The notes beneath the pieces are model-generated. The model ran no database searches, had not been told where the DNA came from, and saw only the letters and a list, made by a program, of their open reading frames with translations. Both the position numbers and the translations under genes were made by a program. A DNA stretch of 64,000 nt from an uncultured Gemmatimonadaceae bacterium (GTDB lineage: Bacteria > Gemmatimonadota > Gemmatimonadetes > Gemmatimonadales > Gemmatimonadaceae): assembly GCA_963817955.1 (NCBI GenBank), contig CAWFQK010000004.1, forward strand, positions 480,001 to 544,000, written 5' to 3'. Shown in pieces: positions 44,267-53,723 of the stretch (position 1 is its first letter; the number at the start of each line of letters is the position of its first letter).

Positions 44267-45517
44267 TTAGCCAGCCACAGCGACTTCTGACACCCTGTCG
44301 GGCGGTAATTCGGAATGCTGGTCGCGGTTCGCGGTCGCGGTTCGTGCTGCTTCCGCCTTTCGTGCCTCCCCGCGTCTAGCAAGCGCCGCCCGCAACGTGT
44401 CCTCGCGGGGTTTCTGGTACACCTCAACAATGGTCTTGTAGGAACTCCACCCACCGAGCGCCATGAGCTGCGCGGCAGGAAGGCCGTCGTTGTCGCTCGC
44501 AAACTTTCGCCGCAACGAATGCCAGCCCCTGCCCTTCACACGCGCGAGGCCGGCGCGTGTCTCCAGCTGCGTCCACCAGCGTTGGAACTGGCGCCGCGAA
44601 ATCGGTTCCTCTGGGTCGAGCGGCGACGGGAATACCCAGCCATCCCCGATTCGGGATTCTTCACGCCTCATTCGCTTGAGCGCATCAACGTGCTCCGGTA
44701 ACAGCGGCGTGCCGTGCTCTCGCTTCATCTTGTCCCACGCTCTACCCCAAACAATCCGGCCGGCGGATAGATCAACTTCGCTCCAACGCAACCGCGCGAC
44801 GGAGATTGAGCGATGGCCGGTCTCGTGTTCCAGATACAAATACAGTTCGACTTGCGGTCCCAGCGCCTTCGCCGCCACGCAGAGCGCATCATACTCGGCG
44901 TCGGTCGTCATCGGCTGACGCGGGCTCGACTCTACCGGAATCGGAAATTTCCGAAACGGATTGCGATCGAGCAGCGGCCGACCGTTGATACGGACCGTCT
45001 CCGCCCAGTTGCACACGGCCATGAGAAACTTTAGATCATAGCCGATCATGCGATCCCGCACGCCACCCTCCGTCTTTCGCCCGCTGGGCCTCAGGCGTCC
45101 GGCGCGTCGCTCGCTGATGAAACGGTCCCAATCCCGCCGGTCCAGATCAACGACGCGAGCGGATGTCCCCCAACACGACTCAAACAGGCCGCGCGCCGTG
45201 CGATCATGCCGAGCTTTCGCCGCCGTTTTTCGCGGCGTAACTTCGCGCAGGTAGTTGTCAAACAGCTCCTTCACGGTCAGCTCATCGCTGCGCGGCGCTT
45301 CCTCTTTGCGGAGTGCTGTCGCCAATTCCTCGGCGGCCAGCTTCCCGCGTTCGCGGTCGGCGTGGTGCAATGACCGACTGCGCCGCTTCCCGTCTTCGTC
45401 CTGATACTCCAACATCAACGTGCCGTCGCGCGGGTGCGGATACAGGCGTACTCGGTTGCAACCTTTCTCGCCTGTGATGAAGCTCCGTGCCCGCGTTGGC
45501 TTCCTCGAACGTGTCAC
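44267..45517 (-). CDS. Tyrosine recombinase (integrase)
   Basis: ETGHRSISVARLRWSEVD; K; WHSLRR; LGGW; EVY catalytic residues. Adjacent to the att repeat. Confidence 0.93.
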   Translation of the reverse strand: MTRSRKPTRARSFITGEKGCNRVRLYPHPRDGTLMLEYQDEDGKRRSRSLHHADRERGKLAAEELATALRKEEAPRSDELTVKELFDNYLREVTPRKTAAKARHDRTARGLFESCWGTSARVVDLDRRDWDRFISERRAGRLRPSGRKTEGGVRDRMIGYDLKFLMAVCNWAETVRINGRPLLDRNPFRKFPIPVESSPRQPMTTDAEYDALCVAAKALGPQVELYLYLEHETGHRSISVARLRWSEVDLSAGRIVWGRAWDKMKREHGTPLLPEHVDALKRMRREESRIGDGWVFPSPLDPEEPISRRQFQRWWTQLETRAGLARVKGRGWHSLRRKFASDNDGLPAAQLMALGGWSSYKTIVEVYQKPREDTLRAALARRGEARKAEAARTATANRDQHSELPPDRVSEVAVAG

Positions 45518-45927
45518 CGTGCGCCTCCTACGTGGCGGGTGATGACAGCTCGCGCGATCTCTGCGCGTTCAATGTGCAAGGCCGGCGCCGATGGAGGCAA
45601 GGCGGCGCCCGGCTTCTTCGGCAGATCGCTTCGACGCACGCGCGGCGCATTTCGACGGCCGGCGTTCGGAATCTTGCCGCGCGAAATCTCGCGTCCGAGA
45701 TGGTCAACGCTATAACCGCTCTCGGTCGCCGCCGCTGCGAGTGTCAGCAAGCCCCCTGCATTCCGGCGGAGCGCCTCGTCTAGTTCATTCGCCGCACTCT
45801 CCAGCGCAATGGCCGCGCCCTCCGCCGCCGCCCAGCGGCGGAGGGCGGCGGCTCGATTGCGCCACAAGCCGGCTAGTTCTTGTGTAGAGGGTTCAGCGTA
45901 CTGCGTCTGCTGAGGTTCGCGTTTCAC
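45514..45927 (-). CDS. Excisionase-like HTH protein
   Basis: LLTLAAAATESGYSVDHLGREISRGKIP..PRVRRSDL. Overlaps the integrase start (GTGA). Confidence 0.65.
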   Translation of the reverse strand: MKREPQQTQYAEPSTQELAGLWRNRAAALRRWAAAEGAAIALESAANELDEALRRNAGGLLTLAAAATESGYSVDHLGREISRGKIPNAGRRNAPRVRRSDLPKKPGAALPPSAPALHIERAEIARAVITRHVGGAR

Positions 45928-46033
45928 GATTCGTCATAGCTCTCCTCGTTCCGTTGAATGGTGCGCGTCGGCCACCGTGTCACCGACGCGCGTAAGAATT
46001 GACGTGCCTCGGTGGCACGGACACACTGGAAGC

Positions 46034-46282
46034 CTACAGCTCGTAGAGCCGTAGGTCATTCATGATGTCAAACAGACCATCGCGCACATCGGCTTCCGGC
46101 CCACCGGGGCTCTTCTGGATACGCTCATCGTGCCGCGTCGCACGTTCAATCACCTGTACCTCTTCCTCGGTAAGCGAGATGACCAGTTCGCCGCTGAAGA
46201 AGAGCCCCAGGGAATCGGCGTGTAGTCTGTCTAGTAACCGCATCCGACGTGTCGCCTCTGCGTACTTCCGGCGGGCGTGCAT
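46034..46282 (-). CDS. Hypothetical protein
   Basis: 82-aa ORF co-oriented between the primase and the Xis-like gene. Confidence 0.45.
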   Translation of the reverse strand: MHARRKYAEATRRMRLLDRLHADSLGLFFSGELVISLTEEEVQVIERATRHDERIQKSPGGPEADVRDGLFDIMNDLRLYEL

Positions 46283-46352
46283 CGAGGCACGGGGTTATGA
46301 TAGGACCGTGGAACCAATTGCCGGAGTGCAGGGGGCGCCGCTGCGATGACCA

Positions 46353-48779
46353 TCATACGAGATCCTCGATGCTCTCGGGGGCTTGTGCCGGTGGCACTTC
46401 CTTCCCGGCGCGATACTTGTCCCGATGCTCCACGACGTAACCGGCCCTCAGCGCAGCTTCGAGCGCGCGGGTTTGACGACTACGGTCCGTCTTCCCATCT
46501 CGGATGAACAGGCCCGGTTGCTGTGCGCGCATTTCGGTGAACAGTTCGCTCTTTGTTACGCCGTGCGTAGGGCTGGCGATTGAACGAATCGCGATACCGG
46601 CCGCGATAGCGCAGCGAGCGCCAATCGTCGCATCGTCCGCCAACACGGGGGCCACACCCTCTTTCAGCACGCCGGGCGCGACGAGATGCCACCGAAATTC
46701 CGTATCTGACTTGCCGCCTTTGTTCTTCTTCACGCGCATCGTAATGTTGTCGTCCTTCTTCAAGACGGTGGCCTCCCAGTCGAACGCTCCTTCAATGACA
46801 CTTGAGCCCCGAGCCCTGCCCGAGTCCGAGACCGCGGAGTGATGCACGACGAGCACGAAGGCGTTTGCCATTCGCGACAGCGACTGGAGCGTTGCCATTA
46901 CGACGCCCATCTCTTGCGCGTTGTTCTCCTCGCCGGTTGTCGCGCCCTTGAGCACATCCACCACCAGAGCGACCGGTTCAGGAGCACCACGCGCGCGAAG
47001 CTGTGCAAGGGTGTCGCGAAAATACGGGATCGCGCCAGCGATCGACGATAAGGCGGGGGCGCCGTCAATCACGAATACATCGGCGTCCTCGACGCCAAAT
47101 TCCTTGAGTTGGCGCGTGATGCGCTCGCGAAACCCGTCAACATCTTCCGTTGCGAAGCACACAACCGAGCCGGCTTTCATGACCGGGGAACCGGCAAAGC
47201 CGCGTGCGAGCGAGACCGCGCAGGCAAAGGCTGATACGATCCAGGACTTGCCGTTGCCCGGAGGACCAATGAGTCCCCCCACCCCGCGCCGAGGGAGCGC
47301 CCCGTCGATCAGCCATTCCCTCTGAACCGTCTTCGCATCGCCGGCCCGCCACAGCGACAGCGGCGCGGCGGTCGCTTCGCTGACAAGCATCTGAACGGGC
47401 GCCGCGAGCAACCACGCTGCTCGTCGGATGAGCCGCGCGTCGTCCTCCTTGAGCCCTTGTAGAATGCGCCCAAGCTGCGTGCTGAGCGCGACATCAAACA
47501 CCGATCGCTCTGATGCGTAGGGGGAGAGGCGAAGGATATGAAGCACCTCCGGGCGAAAGACGGGCGTGAGCGGATCGTGTTGCAGCGCCGCCTTGCTGAG
47601 AAGCTCCCATCTGTCCGCGACGCCCTGGCCGGAGAGGCGGCCAACCTCTGAAACGAACACCCGATCCGCGCTGCCGATGATTGCGGCTAGGCGCTCTCCT
47701 TCGGAGGCGCCCGCCGCCCAGCGCTCAGCTTCGGCATCGCGCGCCGTCTCGGCCGGAGGCGTGGCGCCCTCGACTACGGCGAACTCGTATTTCACGCTGT
47801 TGAAACCAAAGTCGCGAGCGAGATCTACCAGCCACGCCCAGCCGACTTGAAACGGCCCGTGAAGACTGCGCCAATCTGCCTCGACTGTGTCGGGCGGGTT
47901 CACGCCGCCCTCCCAGCGAGCGCACCACTCGTAAAACAGCTCGCGCCCCTCTTCCTCGTACTCGATCCCGGCGGCCGCCTTCACCGCATAGGCAAACGTG
48001 ATGTAGTCGGCGCGACCGGGGAACCGCGCTTCGCTATTCGGAATGCACCGGATACACTCTCTGAGGGCTTCCATGCGGGCCGCGCCTTCCCCTGGAGCGA
48101 GCAGCGCCGCTTGATCGGCGGCCGGCGCTGAGACTTGCCCGTTTCCTTCGCGATGCGTCGTGTAGCCCCGCGCCGCAAAGTCCGCCTCGGCCACATCGAG
48201 AAACTGGCTCGCCTGCTCCCGTGTTATCTCGGTGCCTGGCTGCGCAGTGGGGTCTTTGTCCCACTCATACGTTGCGCCGCTCGGATGTGTCCCGGCGATC
48301 AGGTACTGCTGCTTGTCGCCCAAGATCTCGACGAGATGCTTCTCACCCTCCCGCTCCGCGCATAGGCGCATCCGAGCGAACGGCTCTGTGGTGCGATACT
48401 GGAGCAGCCGTTTTGACGAGTTGGCGCGACCTCGCACCGGAGCGGGACCAAGTTGCGACAACGCCATCTGTTCGATGCGGTCGGCGATCACGGGGTCGTC
48501 GCTGTCGATGTCAACGCCCGGCCGGCGCGCAGCCTTGAGGCCCAGGTTAGCTCCGTCCTTTTCCCACTGCTCGACGTTCTCGCACGTGGCCTCGTGCGAC
48601 AGCCATTTATATCCGCCCCACGTACCGGAGCTGTTGCGCTGCCCCGGCGACTTGCCGCGTGCGTTCAGCGTGATTCTCGACTGCGGGGAGATCTCGCCGG
48701 TTGGCGGAATCACCGACACTAAGTCGGCGCCGTACGTGTCGAAGCTGCGCATGAAAAACGATTGCGTTTCCTCCTGCAT
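46353..48779 (-). CDS. Primase-polymerase / PriCT / RecA-type (AAA_25-like) helicase fusion
   Basis: N-terminal GKSP..NLGL..GVDIDSD..GTHPSGATYEW. Central FYEWCARW..W.SL. Walker A GPPGNGKS, ALVVD, VLVVHHS, RARGSS. Confidence 0.85.
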   Translation of the reverse strand: MQEETQSFFMRSFDTYGADLVSVIPPTGEISPQSRITLNARGKSPGQRNSSGTWGGYKWLSHEATCENVEQWEKDGANLGLKAARRPGVDIDSDDPVIADRIEQMALSQLGPAPVRGRANSSKRLLQYRTTEPFARMRLCAEREGEKHLVEILGDKQQYLIAGTHPSGATYEWDKDPTAQPGTEITREQASQFLDVAEADFAARGYTTHREGNGQVSAPAADQAALLAPGEGAARMEALRECIRCIPNSEARFPGRADYITFAYAVKAAAGIEYEEEGRELFYEWCARWEGGVNPPDTVEADWRSLHGPFQVGWAWLVDLARDFGFNSVKYEFAVVEGATPPAETARDAEAERWAAGASEGERLAAIIGSADRVFVSEVGRLSGQGVADRWELLSKAALQHDPLTPVFRPEVLHILRLSPYASERSVFDVALSTQLGRILQGLKEDDARLIRRAAWLLAAPVQMLVSEATAAPLSLWRAGDAKTVQREWLIDGALPRRGVGGLIGPPGNGKSWIVSAFACAVSLARGFAGSPVMKAGSVVCFATEDVDGFRERITRQLKEFGVEDADVFVIDGAPALSSIAGAIPYFRDTLAQLRARGAPEPVALVVDVLKGATTGEENNAQEMGVVMATLQSLSRMANAFVLVVHHSAVSDSGRARGSSVIEGAFDWEATVLKKDDNITMRVKKNKGGKSDTEFRWHLVAPGVLKEGVAPVLADDATIGARCAIAAGIAIRSIASPTHGVTKSELFTEMRAQQPGLFIRDGKTDRSRQTRALEAALRAGYVVEHRDKYRAGKEVPPAQAPESIEDLV

Positions 48780-49061
48780 TTGAGTATATTTACATCACTA
48801 TCCCGTATAGCTCCCCGGTCTCAGCTCCCGTGTTCGCGCGCGGTCGCTAGGACCGGGGAGCTTTGGTTGTGTGAGATCGACAGAGCCGAAATGATGGCCG
48901 AAGGTTCGGCCGTGGTCACTGCGTGGCGTACGCGCCGGTAAAGGCTTGCGGTCGTGGCGTTCTAACGTGTTCGCACGCGTGGCCCCTAGCTGCCCCGTAG
49001 AGCCGCGATCGGCACCGGAGTAGCAAAGGAGTGCGAGATGAGCCCCCGCGTGCGTTGTGGG

Positions 49062-49331
49062 CTACGCCTGGGGGCTCTGACTCGGACGTGCCAAGCCTGC
49101 GGCGGAGGTTCCCGCTGGCTGCTTGGCACGTTCGTTCTCCACTCGTTCGATTTCAGTGCGTTGGGCGTAGGCCCGGACATTCGCTTCGTCAAGGAGCCAG
49201 CGGTCGGTGATTTGACGCGCGGGGCCGAGGGCGCCGCGCAGAGCGAGGCGACGCACGGTGTACCAAGGCAAGCCAAGCAAGGTGGCAGCCTGTGGTAGTG
49301 TGATTTCGGTTTTCACTGCGGGGGGTCTCAA
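49062..49331 (-). CDS. Small HTH (AlpA/MerR-like) DNA-binding protein
   Basis: ITLPQAATLLGLPWYTVRRLALRGAL..RWLLDEANV. Confidence 0.65.
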   Translation of the reverse strand: MRPPAVKTEITLPQAATLLGLPWYTVRRLALRGALGPARQITDRWLLDEANVRAYAQRTEIERVENERAKQPAGTSAAGLARPSQSPQA

Positions 49332-49428
49332 GTCCTTCCCTGATGGCGCCTCGCTATTGGGCGCCGAGCTGGCGATGCGGGTCTCATGTACCGACCGTGC
49401 AGAAATCGCCGCGATTTATCGACCCCTA

Positions 49429-49457
49429 AATATACACCGTTCGGAGTAAAAGGTCAA
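49429..49457 (-). promoter_or_regulatory. Sigma70-type promoter for the HTH-primase operon
   Basis: TTGACC-N17-TATATT on the minus strand. Confidence 0.6.
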
Positions 49458-49513
49458 CAAAGAACTATCGGCGCTGCTCTCTCCTGCATCTGCATTCAGG
49501 ACGTGGCATTCGG

Positions 49514-49706
49514 GTCGCCACTGTCGCGTCGTCGCAACCCTACTACGTAAGGGTTTGCAACACGGCGACAAAGACAGTTTGTCGCAAGACTGTCGCAAGG
49601 TTCTGTCGCTTGCAACAAACCATACAGGACAACGACTTAGCCCCTCCATCGAACAGCGCTGCGACAACCTTTGCGACATGTCGCAAGCTCTGTCGCAACG
49701 TGTCGC
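49514..49706. repeat. Cluster of ~12 (T)GTCGC(AA) motifs in both orientations (putative iterons/ori)
   Basis: TGTCGCAA at 49580, 49591, 49679 and 49691. Inverted TGCGACA at 49660 and 49672. Palindrome TTGCGACATGTCGCAA at 49671-49686. Confidence 0.75.
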
Positions 49707-49812
49707 GGGCCGCGCGCGCCGAACACCCCGGAAACGACGGCGCCGCGCAGAGCGATTCCCTGAGCGCGGCGCGCTATGCGCCCGCGCGCGCGAGGCGCGC
49801 CGCCCGATCCGA

Positions 49813-50526
49813 CTACTGAACCCAGCCGCCGGCATTGAGGCGCGCCAGAAGCCGCCCAACCTGCGCGGCGCTCCACCTGCCCCCTCGCGGCGCGCCGATG
49901 CACCGATCATTCAACGCGCGAGCGATGGCACGAAACGAAGTGACCCCCGAGGCGCGTAGCTCGGCGATGGTCAGCCCGAAGGCATCCGCATGTTCAGCCG
50001 CGTTGGCCGCTCGGACCTTGGCGCTCTCCGCCGCGCCCCGTCTCGCCGCCGCTCGGCTGATTCGTTCAGGGTGCCCGCCAAGCGGCGCCTTCCCGGCTTT
50101 GCGCCGCTTCTCTCTTACGACGGCGAGAGCCGCCTTTGTGCGCTCAGCAACCAAACGCCGTTCATGCTGCGCGACAGCCGCGAAGATGTGAACGGTAAGT
50201 TCGTTGGCCTCTGGCATATCAGCCACAACGAACTTCACACCTTGCGCTTGAAGGTTGATAAGGAAGCGCAAGTCTCGCGACAACCGGTCGAGCTTTGAGA
50301 CGACGAGGCGAGCGCCGTACATCCGGCAAGCAGCCAACGCCTTCCTCAGCTCCGGCCGCGTGTTGTTGCCGCCGCTCTCCACCTCCGTATACTCCGCGCG
50401 AAGCTCCCAGCGCCCGCCGTTGAGATAGTCGAGTACCGCGTTTCGCTGCGCCTCCAGGCCGTTGCCTGACCGGCCTTGTCGAGCCGTGGAAACGCGAAAA
50501 TACGCCACAAAGGCACCGTTTGGCAT
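49813..50526 (-). CDS. Serine recombinase (resolvase/invertase family)
   Basis: VAYFRVSTARQG.SG.GLEAQ; EVESG; RPEL; VSKLDRLSRD; AQHERRLVAERTKAAL. Confidence 0.92.
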   Translation of the reverse strand: MPNGAFVAYFRVSTARQGRSGNGLEAQRNAVLDYLNGGRWELRAEYTEVESGGNNTRPELRKALAACRMYGARLVVSKLDRLSRDLRFLINLQAQGVKFVVADMPEANELTVHIFAAVAQHERRLVAERTKAALAVVREKRRKAGKAPLGGHPERISRAAARRGAAESAKVRAANAAEHADAFGLTIAELRASGVTSFRAIARALNDRCIGAPRGGRWSAAQVGRLLARLNAGGWVQ

Positions 50527-50719
50527 CGAAGGTAGCCGTCGTTGTGAGGGTGACACATAAGGCCCGTTTTTCGTCGGGCCTATTGTTACACGCGTTCGGG
50601 GATTACACAAGAGACATCTTCGGGCGCAGGTCCGCCGCAGGCGGACAACGATGCGTCGGCATTTCGATTTCTTGGATGGCGACAGGGGCAATGCCGAACG
50701 CGTCTACAGCCGGGGATGC

Positions 50720-50915
50720 TCTCGCTCACCGCGCGGGCCAACTCCGGCCGCGCATCGTTCCCGCCGCTCTCGACCTCTGTGAACGAAGCTCAGAGATCCC
50801 AGCGCCCACCATTCAGATAGTCGAGAACAGCCGCCTGCTGGGCTTCGAGGCCCAGCCCTGAGCGGCCCTGGCGCGCGGTCGATACCCGGAAGTACGCCAC
50901 AAATGCGCAAGTTGC
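50720..50915 (-). pseudogene. Truncated paralogue of the serine recombinase 5' end
   Basis: AFVAYFRVSTARQGRSGLGLEAQQAAVLDYLNGGRWDL*ASFTEVESGGNDARPEL, near-identical to the N-terminus of the adjacent gene, with an internal stop. Confidence 0.85.
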
Positions 50916-51121
50916 CAGGACAAGGCAGGATAGGAACAAGGCAAGGCTAGGCTAAGGCAGGGAGAGCCTCCCCCCCCTTTGCCCAGGAACGCCCGGCCCG
51001 CTGCCGTAGCCGGGAGGTAAGTGACCGGCCCGGGGCTCTGGCCAGAGACTCCCCTCCGGACATTGAGAAGAGCCCGTCGAAATTTTTTCGCCTATTGAAT
51101 CGAAAAAGCTTCGGTCGTCCG

Positions 51122-51349
51122 TCAGCGGCGCGCCCGGCGCCGCGCACTCGGTACGCGCTCGATTAGTTCGCCCGGCTCCACGCAGAATAGCTCGCAGAGC
51201 TTTTCCAGGGTTATGGTGTCGATGCGTTGCACCGGATCACCCTTCGCTAACCGATACGCAGCGGGAACGGTTAGCCCCGACTCGCTCGCGAGTCGATACG
51301 CTGTCCACCCGCGCTTGTGCAACAGCTCTGGAATGCGCCACCGAATCAT
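51122..51349 (-). CDS. Cro/C1-type HTH repressor
   Basis: IRWRIPELLHKRGWTAYRLASESGLTVPAAYRL..IDTITLEKLCELFCVEPGELIE. Confidence 0.88.
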   Translation of the reverse strand: MIRWRIPELLHKRGWTAYRLASESGLTVPAAYRLAKGDPVQRIDTITLEKLCELFCVEPGELIERVPSARRRARR

Positions 51350-51396
51350 TTGCGTTTCTCCCTGTGTCCGCACCCGCAACTTGACCTATTCGTCAA

Positions 51397-51450
51397 GTAA
51401 CGCTAGCGGTACTAACCGCTGTTGACAAGTCATTACGCTAGCGTTACTGT
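51397..51450. promoter_or_regulatory. Two palindromic operators and a rightward promoter
   Basis: GTAACGCTAGCGGTAC (51397-51412) and ATTACGCTAGCGTTAC (51432-51447). TTGACA(51422)-N17-TACTGT(51445). Confidence 0.7.
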
Positions 51451-51499
51451 CGGTGCAGCCCGCGTGGGCTCGGATCTACTCACAATCGGAGCGTTGACT

Positions 51500-51661
51500 A
51501 TGGTCAAGACCAAGAGCGGCACGACCCCTCGTACTATTCGTGTCCGCACCCGCACCGTCGATGTTCTGTTTGTCTATAGCAAGGCGCCTGGTGGGCTCAC
51601 ACCCGATGAGGCGACGCGCCTCGGGCTCGCACTCATCGCCATTTCCGACGAAGCCGACTGA
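51500..51661 (+). CDS. Small hypothetical protein divergent from the repressor
   Basis: MVKTKSGTTPR.. with GGAG upstream, directly after the predicted promoter. Confidence 0.45.
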   Translation: MVKTKSGTTPRTIRVRTRTVDVLFVYSKAPGGLTPDEATRLGLALIAISDEAD

Positions 51662-51915
51662 GTACGGCCCTGCCGGATGCGCCACGAATTGCCCGTTTGC
51701 TCTCCAGCAAGCGGGCAATTCTCGTTTCGTGGTTCGGCGACGACGCAAACTCTCATGGCGAAATCGCGCGCAATGTGCTATATTTAGGGACACCAAATTA
51801 GTATTTGGTTTTGCATTCCTGCTCCGGCGAAACAACCCGCCGTTGAGCCTAAGGCCCCGGCGCAGAAGGTCCACCCGCCGCCGCGCGCCCCACCGGAAGT
51901 CCTCGGAAACGCTCT

Positions 51916-52116
51916 ATGAAAACAGACCCGCTCGCCGGCTACCTCACGCTGCGCGACATCACGCCACTCGTCGGCTCGTACTTCACCGCGTACAGTCTCG
52001 CCGCCGCCGGCCAATTCGGACCGCCGGTCATAGTCGGACGAACGCAGTTCTTTTCCCAGCGCACCGCTGAACGCGCAATCGAGAAGCGGACCGCCGCGAA
52101 AGTGGCCGGCCGCTGA
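51916..52116 (+). CDS. Small putative DNA-binding protein
   Basis: YLTLRDI..GPPVIVGRTQFF..AERAIE. Overlaps the next ORF (TGATG). Confidence 0.55.
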   Translation: MKTDPLAGYLTLRDITPLVGSYFTAYSLAAAGQFGPPVIVGRTQFFSQRTAERAIEKRTAAKVAGR

Positions 52117-52328
52117 TGAGTCTCCTCATCGACAAAATCATGCTACGCGAGTACCTCCGCATCGGCACGAGACAAGCGCTCGGACCGGAGGGCACGCCGC
52201 TCCAGTACCTCGCCGTGCTCGCGCATGAATGGCAGTGCTCCATCCCCGCTGCGGTGGAACGCCTCACGGCGCAACTTCATCGTGATATGTCAACTCTCCC
52301 GGGGGAGCAATCACCGGAGGTAGAGTGA
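52116..52328 (+). CDS. Hypothetical protein
   Basis: 70-aa ORF translationally coupled on both sides. Confidence 0.5.
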   Translation: MSLLIDKIMLREYLRIGTRQALGPEGTPLQYLAVLAHEWQCSIPAAVERLTAQLHRDMSTLPGEQSPEVE

Positions 52329-52852
52329 TGGCCGGCAAACCAAAAGAAGCTCGTCTACTCGCGGCGCTTGAGAAACGCGCGGTACGGGAACTCGGCGACG
52401 GCGCGACGCCGCTCGACTTCGTTTGCGACTACATCAGCGGCGGCAAGACGTTTATTGATCTCGCCGGGGAGCTAGCAACGGAACTGGGCGAGTCGGTCTC
52501 ACGTCAGTTCATCTCTGGCACGGCGAACGCGCTCGCCCCCGATGCGAAGGCCCGCATTACCGTTGCACGACAAGAAGGTGCTATGGCGCTCGCAGAGGAT
52601 ACGCTGTCAATCGCCGACGATGCCGAGCCCACAGCGGGCGGAGCGGCAAAGGCCCGCGTACAAATCGGTTCAAGGCAATGGCTGGCCGAGCGATTCAACT
52701 CCGCGCAGTTCGGCGGAATGAAGGGACAGGTCAACGTTTCATTCGGCGCCCTGATGCTTGAGGCGCTGCGCCAGCCGCCACCGATAAGGCCAGTCGTTGA
52801 GAACGTTCCTCTTCTTTTGACGGGTACGACCGAAGATGCTGGCCCGGCATAA
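52328..52852 (+). CDS. terS: Terminase small subunit (Sf6-like)
   Basis: VCDYISGGKT..ARQEGAMALAEDTLSIADD..ARVQIGSRQWLAERFNSAQFG matches the Sf6-type TerS pattern. GGAGG RBS. Confidence 0.75.
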   Translation: MAGKPKEARLLAALEKRAVRELGDGATPLDFVCDYISGGKTFIDLAGELATELGESVSRQFISGTANALAPDAKARITVARQEGAMALAEDTLSIADDAEPTAGGAAKARVQIGSRQWLAERFNSAQFGGMKGQVNVSFGALMLEALRQPPPIRPVVENVPLLLTGTTEDAGPA

Positions 52853-53036
52853 GCCACGGCGAGGCGTAGCAGGCCCCAGCACCGCGTAGGAGCGAACGAA
52901 GGCCGCTGCTGAGGGAAAGACCCTTGGCAGCGGCCTTCGTTCGCCGCGTGCGCTACCCGGCCCACGGCTTTCACTACATCCCCGTTTCCTGACGGTCTGC
53001 GTCTGGCCGCTCCGGGAGTGACCCGGACGCGCCGCT

Positions 53037-53423
53037 CTACTGCTTGCAGCTCGGATCACGGAAGCGAACAACCGTCCCCGAGAGCACAGCGCGGTGGTCC
53101 ACGTCAACACCTCCGTTCACGCCAGGGCTCACGCCCTCAATCGTCTGCTCCGACGCAACCCGGATGACCGCATCGCCGCCGAGTTCGCGCGCGCTACTCC
53201 GCATAGCGTCTGCGAGATCATCTGGTTTCGTCCAAAACGTGCGGGGGCGAACACTCACGAGACCGACTTCATCGAACGCGCACCGGGGAAGCTGCGCATT
53301 GTAAAGCGTTACGGGAGCGTCAGCCGGCCGCGCATCTGCCGCTGTGGGTGCAAGCCGCGTCACGCGCACAGCCGGGGCGCACGCCACGGCCAACAGTAAC
53401 AATCCGAACACGCGTAGACGCAT
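53037..53423 (-). CDS. Lipoprotein cargo (YbjQ/DUF4156-like fold)
   Basis: Lipobox LLAVAC; FDEVGLV..MRSSARELGGDAVI..SGTVVRF. Confidence 0.65.
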   Translation of the reverse strand: MRLRVFGLLLLAVACAPAVRVTRLAPTAADARPADAPVTLYNAQLPRCAFDEVGLVSVRPRTFWTKPDDLADAMRSSARELGGDAVIRVASEQTIEGVSPGVNGGVDVDHRAVLSGTVVRFRDPSCKQ

Positions 53424-53683
53424 TGTCGCTCCAGTCAATGTCAGAGTTGTTGGATCACTCATCCCGAACTCAGACGAACGTACGAAGACCAACGCAACCG
53501 GCAGTGGACTGCGACACGAGAAGTTGCGGTATCTTGGCGTCTTTCCGCGACGCGGCCTTAGTGGCGCCGCGTCTTGCCACGCCAGGGGCCTTCCCGTCGC
53601 GGCCTTCACACCCCCGCGCAGGATGATTACGACGCGGCACAATGGGAAGTAGCTGGGGCTGCGCAGACCGGTCGGAACGACAA

Positions 53684-53723
53684 AGCCCGCTTGCTCAGGT
53701 GAGGTTCACCTTGGCAAGCGGGC
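53684..53723. terminator. Hairpin near the right att site
   Basis: AGCCCGCTTGC..AGGTGA-GGT-TCACCT..GCAAGCGGGCT. Confidence 0.6.

Noticed and set aside
44267..45517. This integrase as the integron integrase for the attC array
   Set aside because: It lacks the IntI-specific insertion and motifs, lies over 30 kb from the array, and sits beside its own tRNA att repeat.
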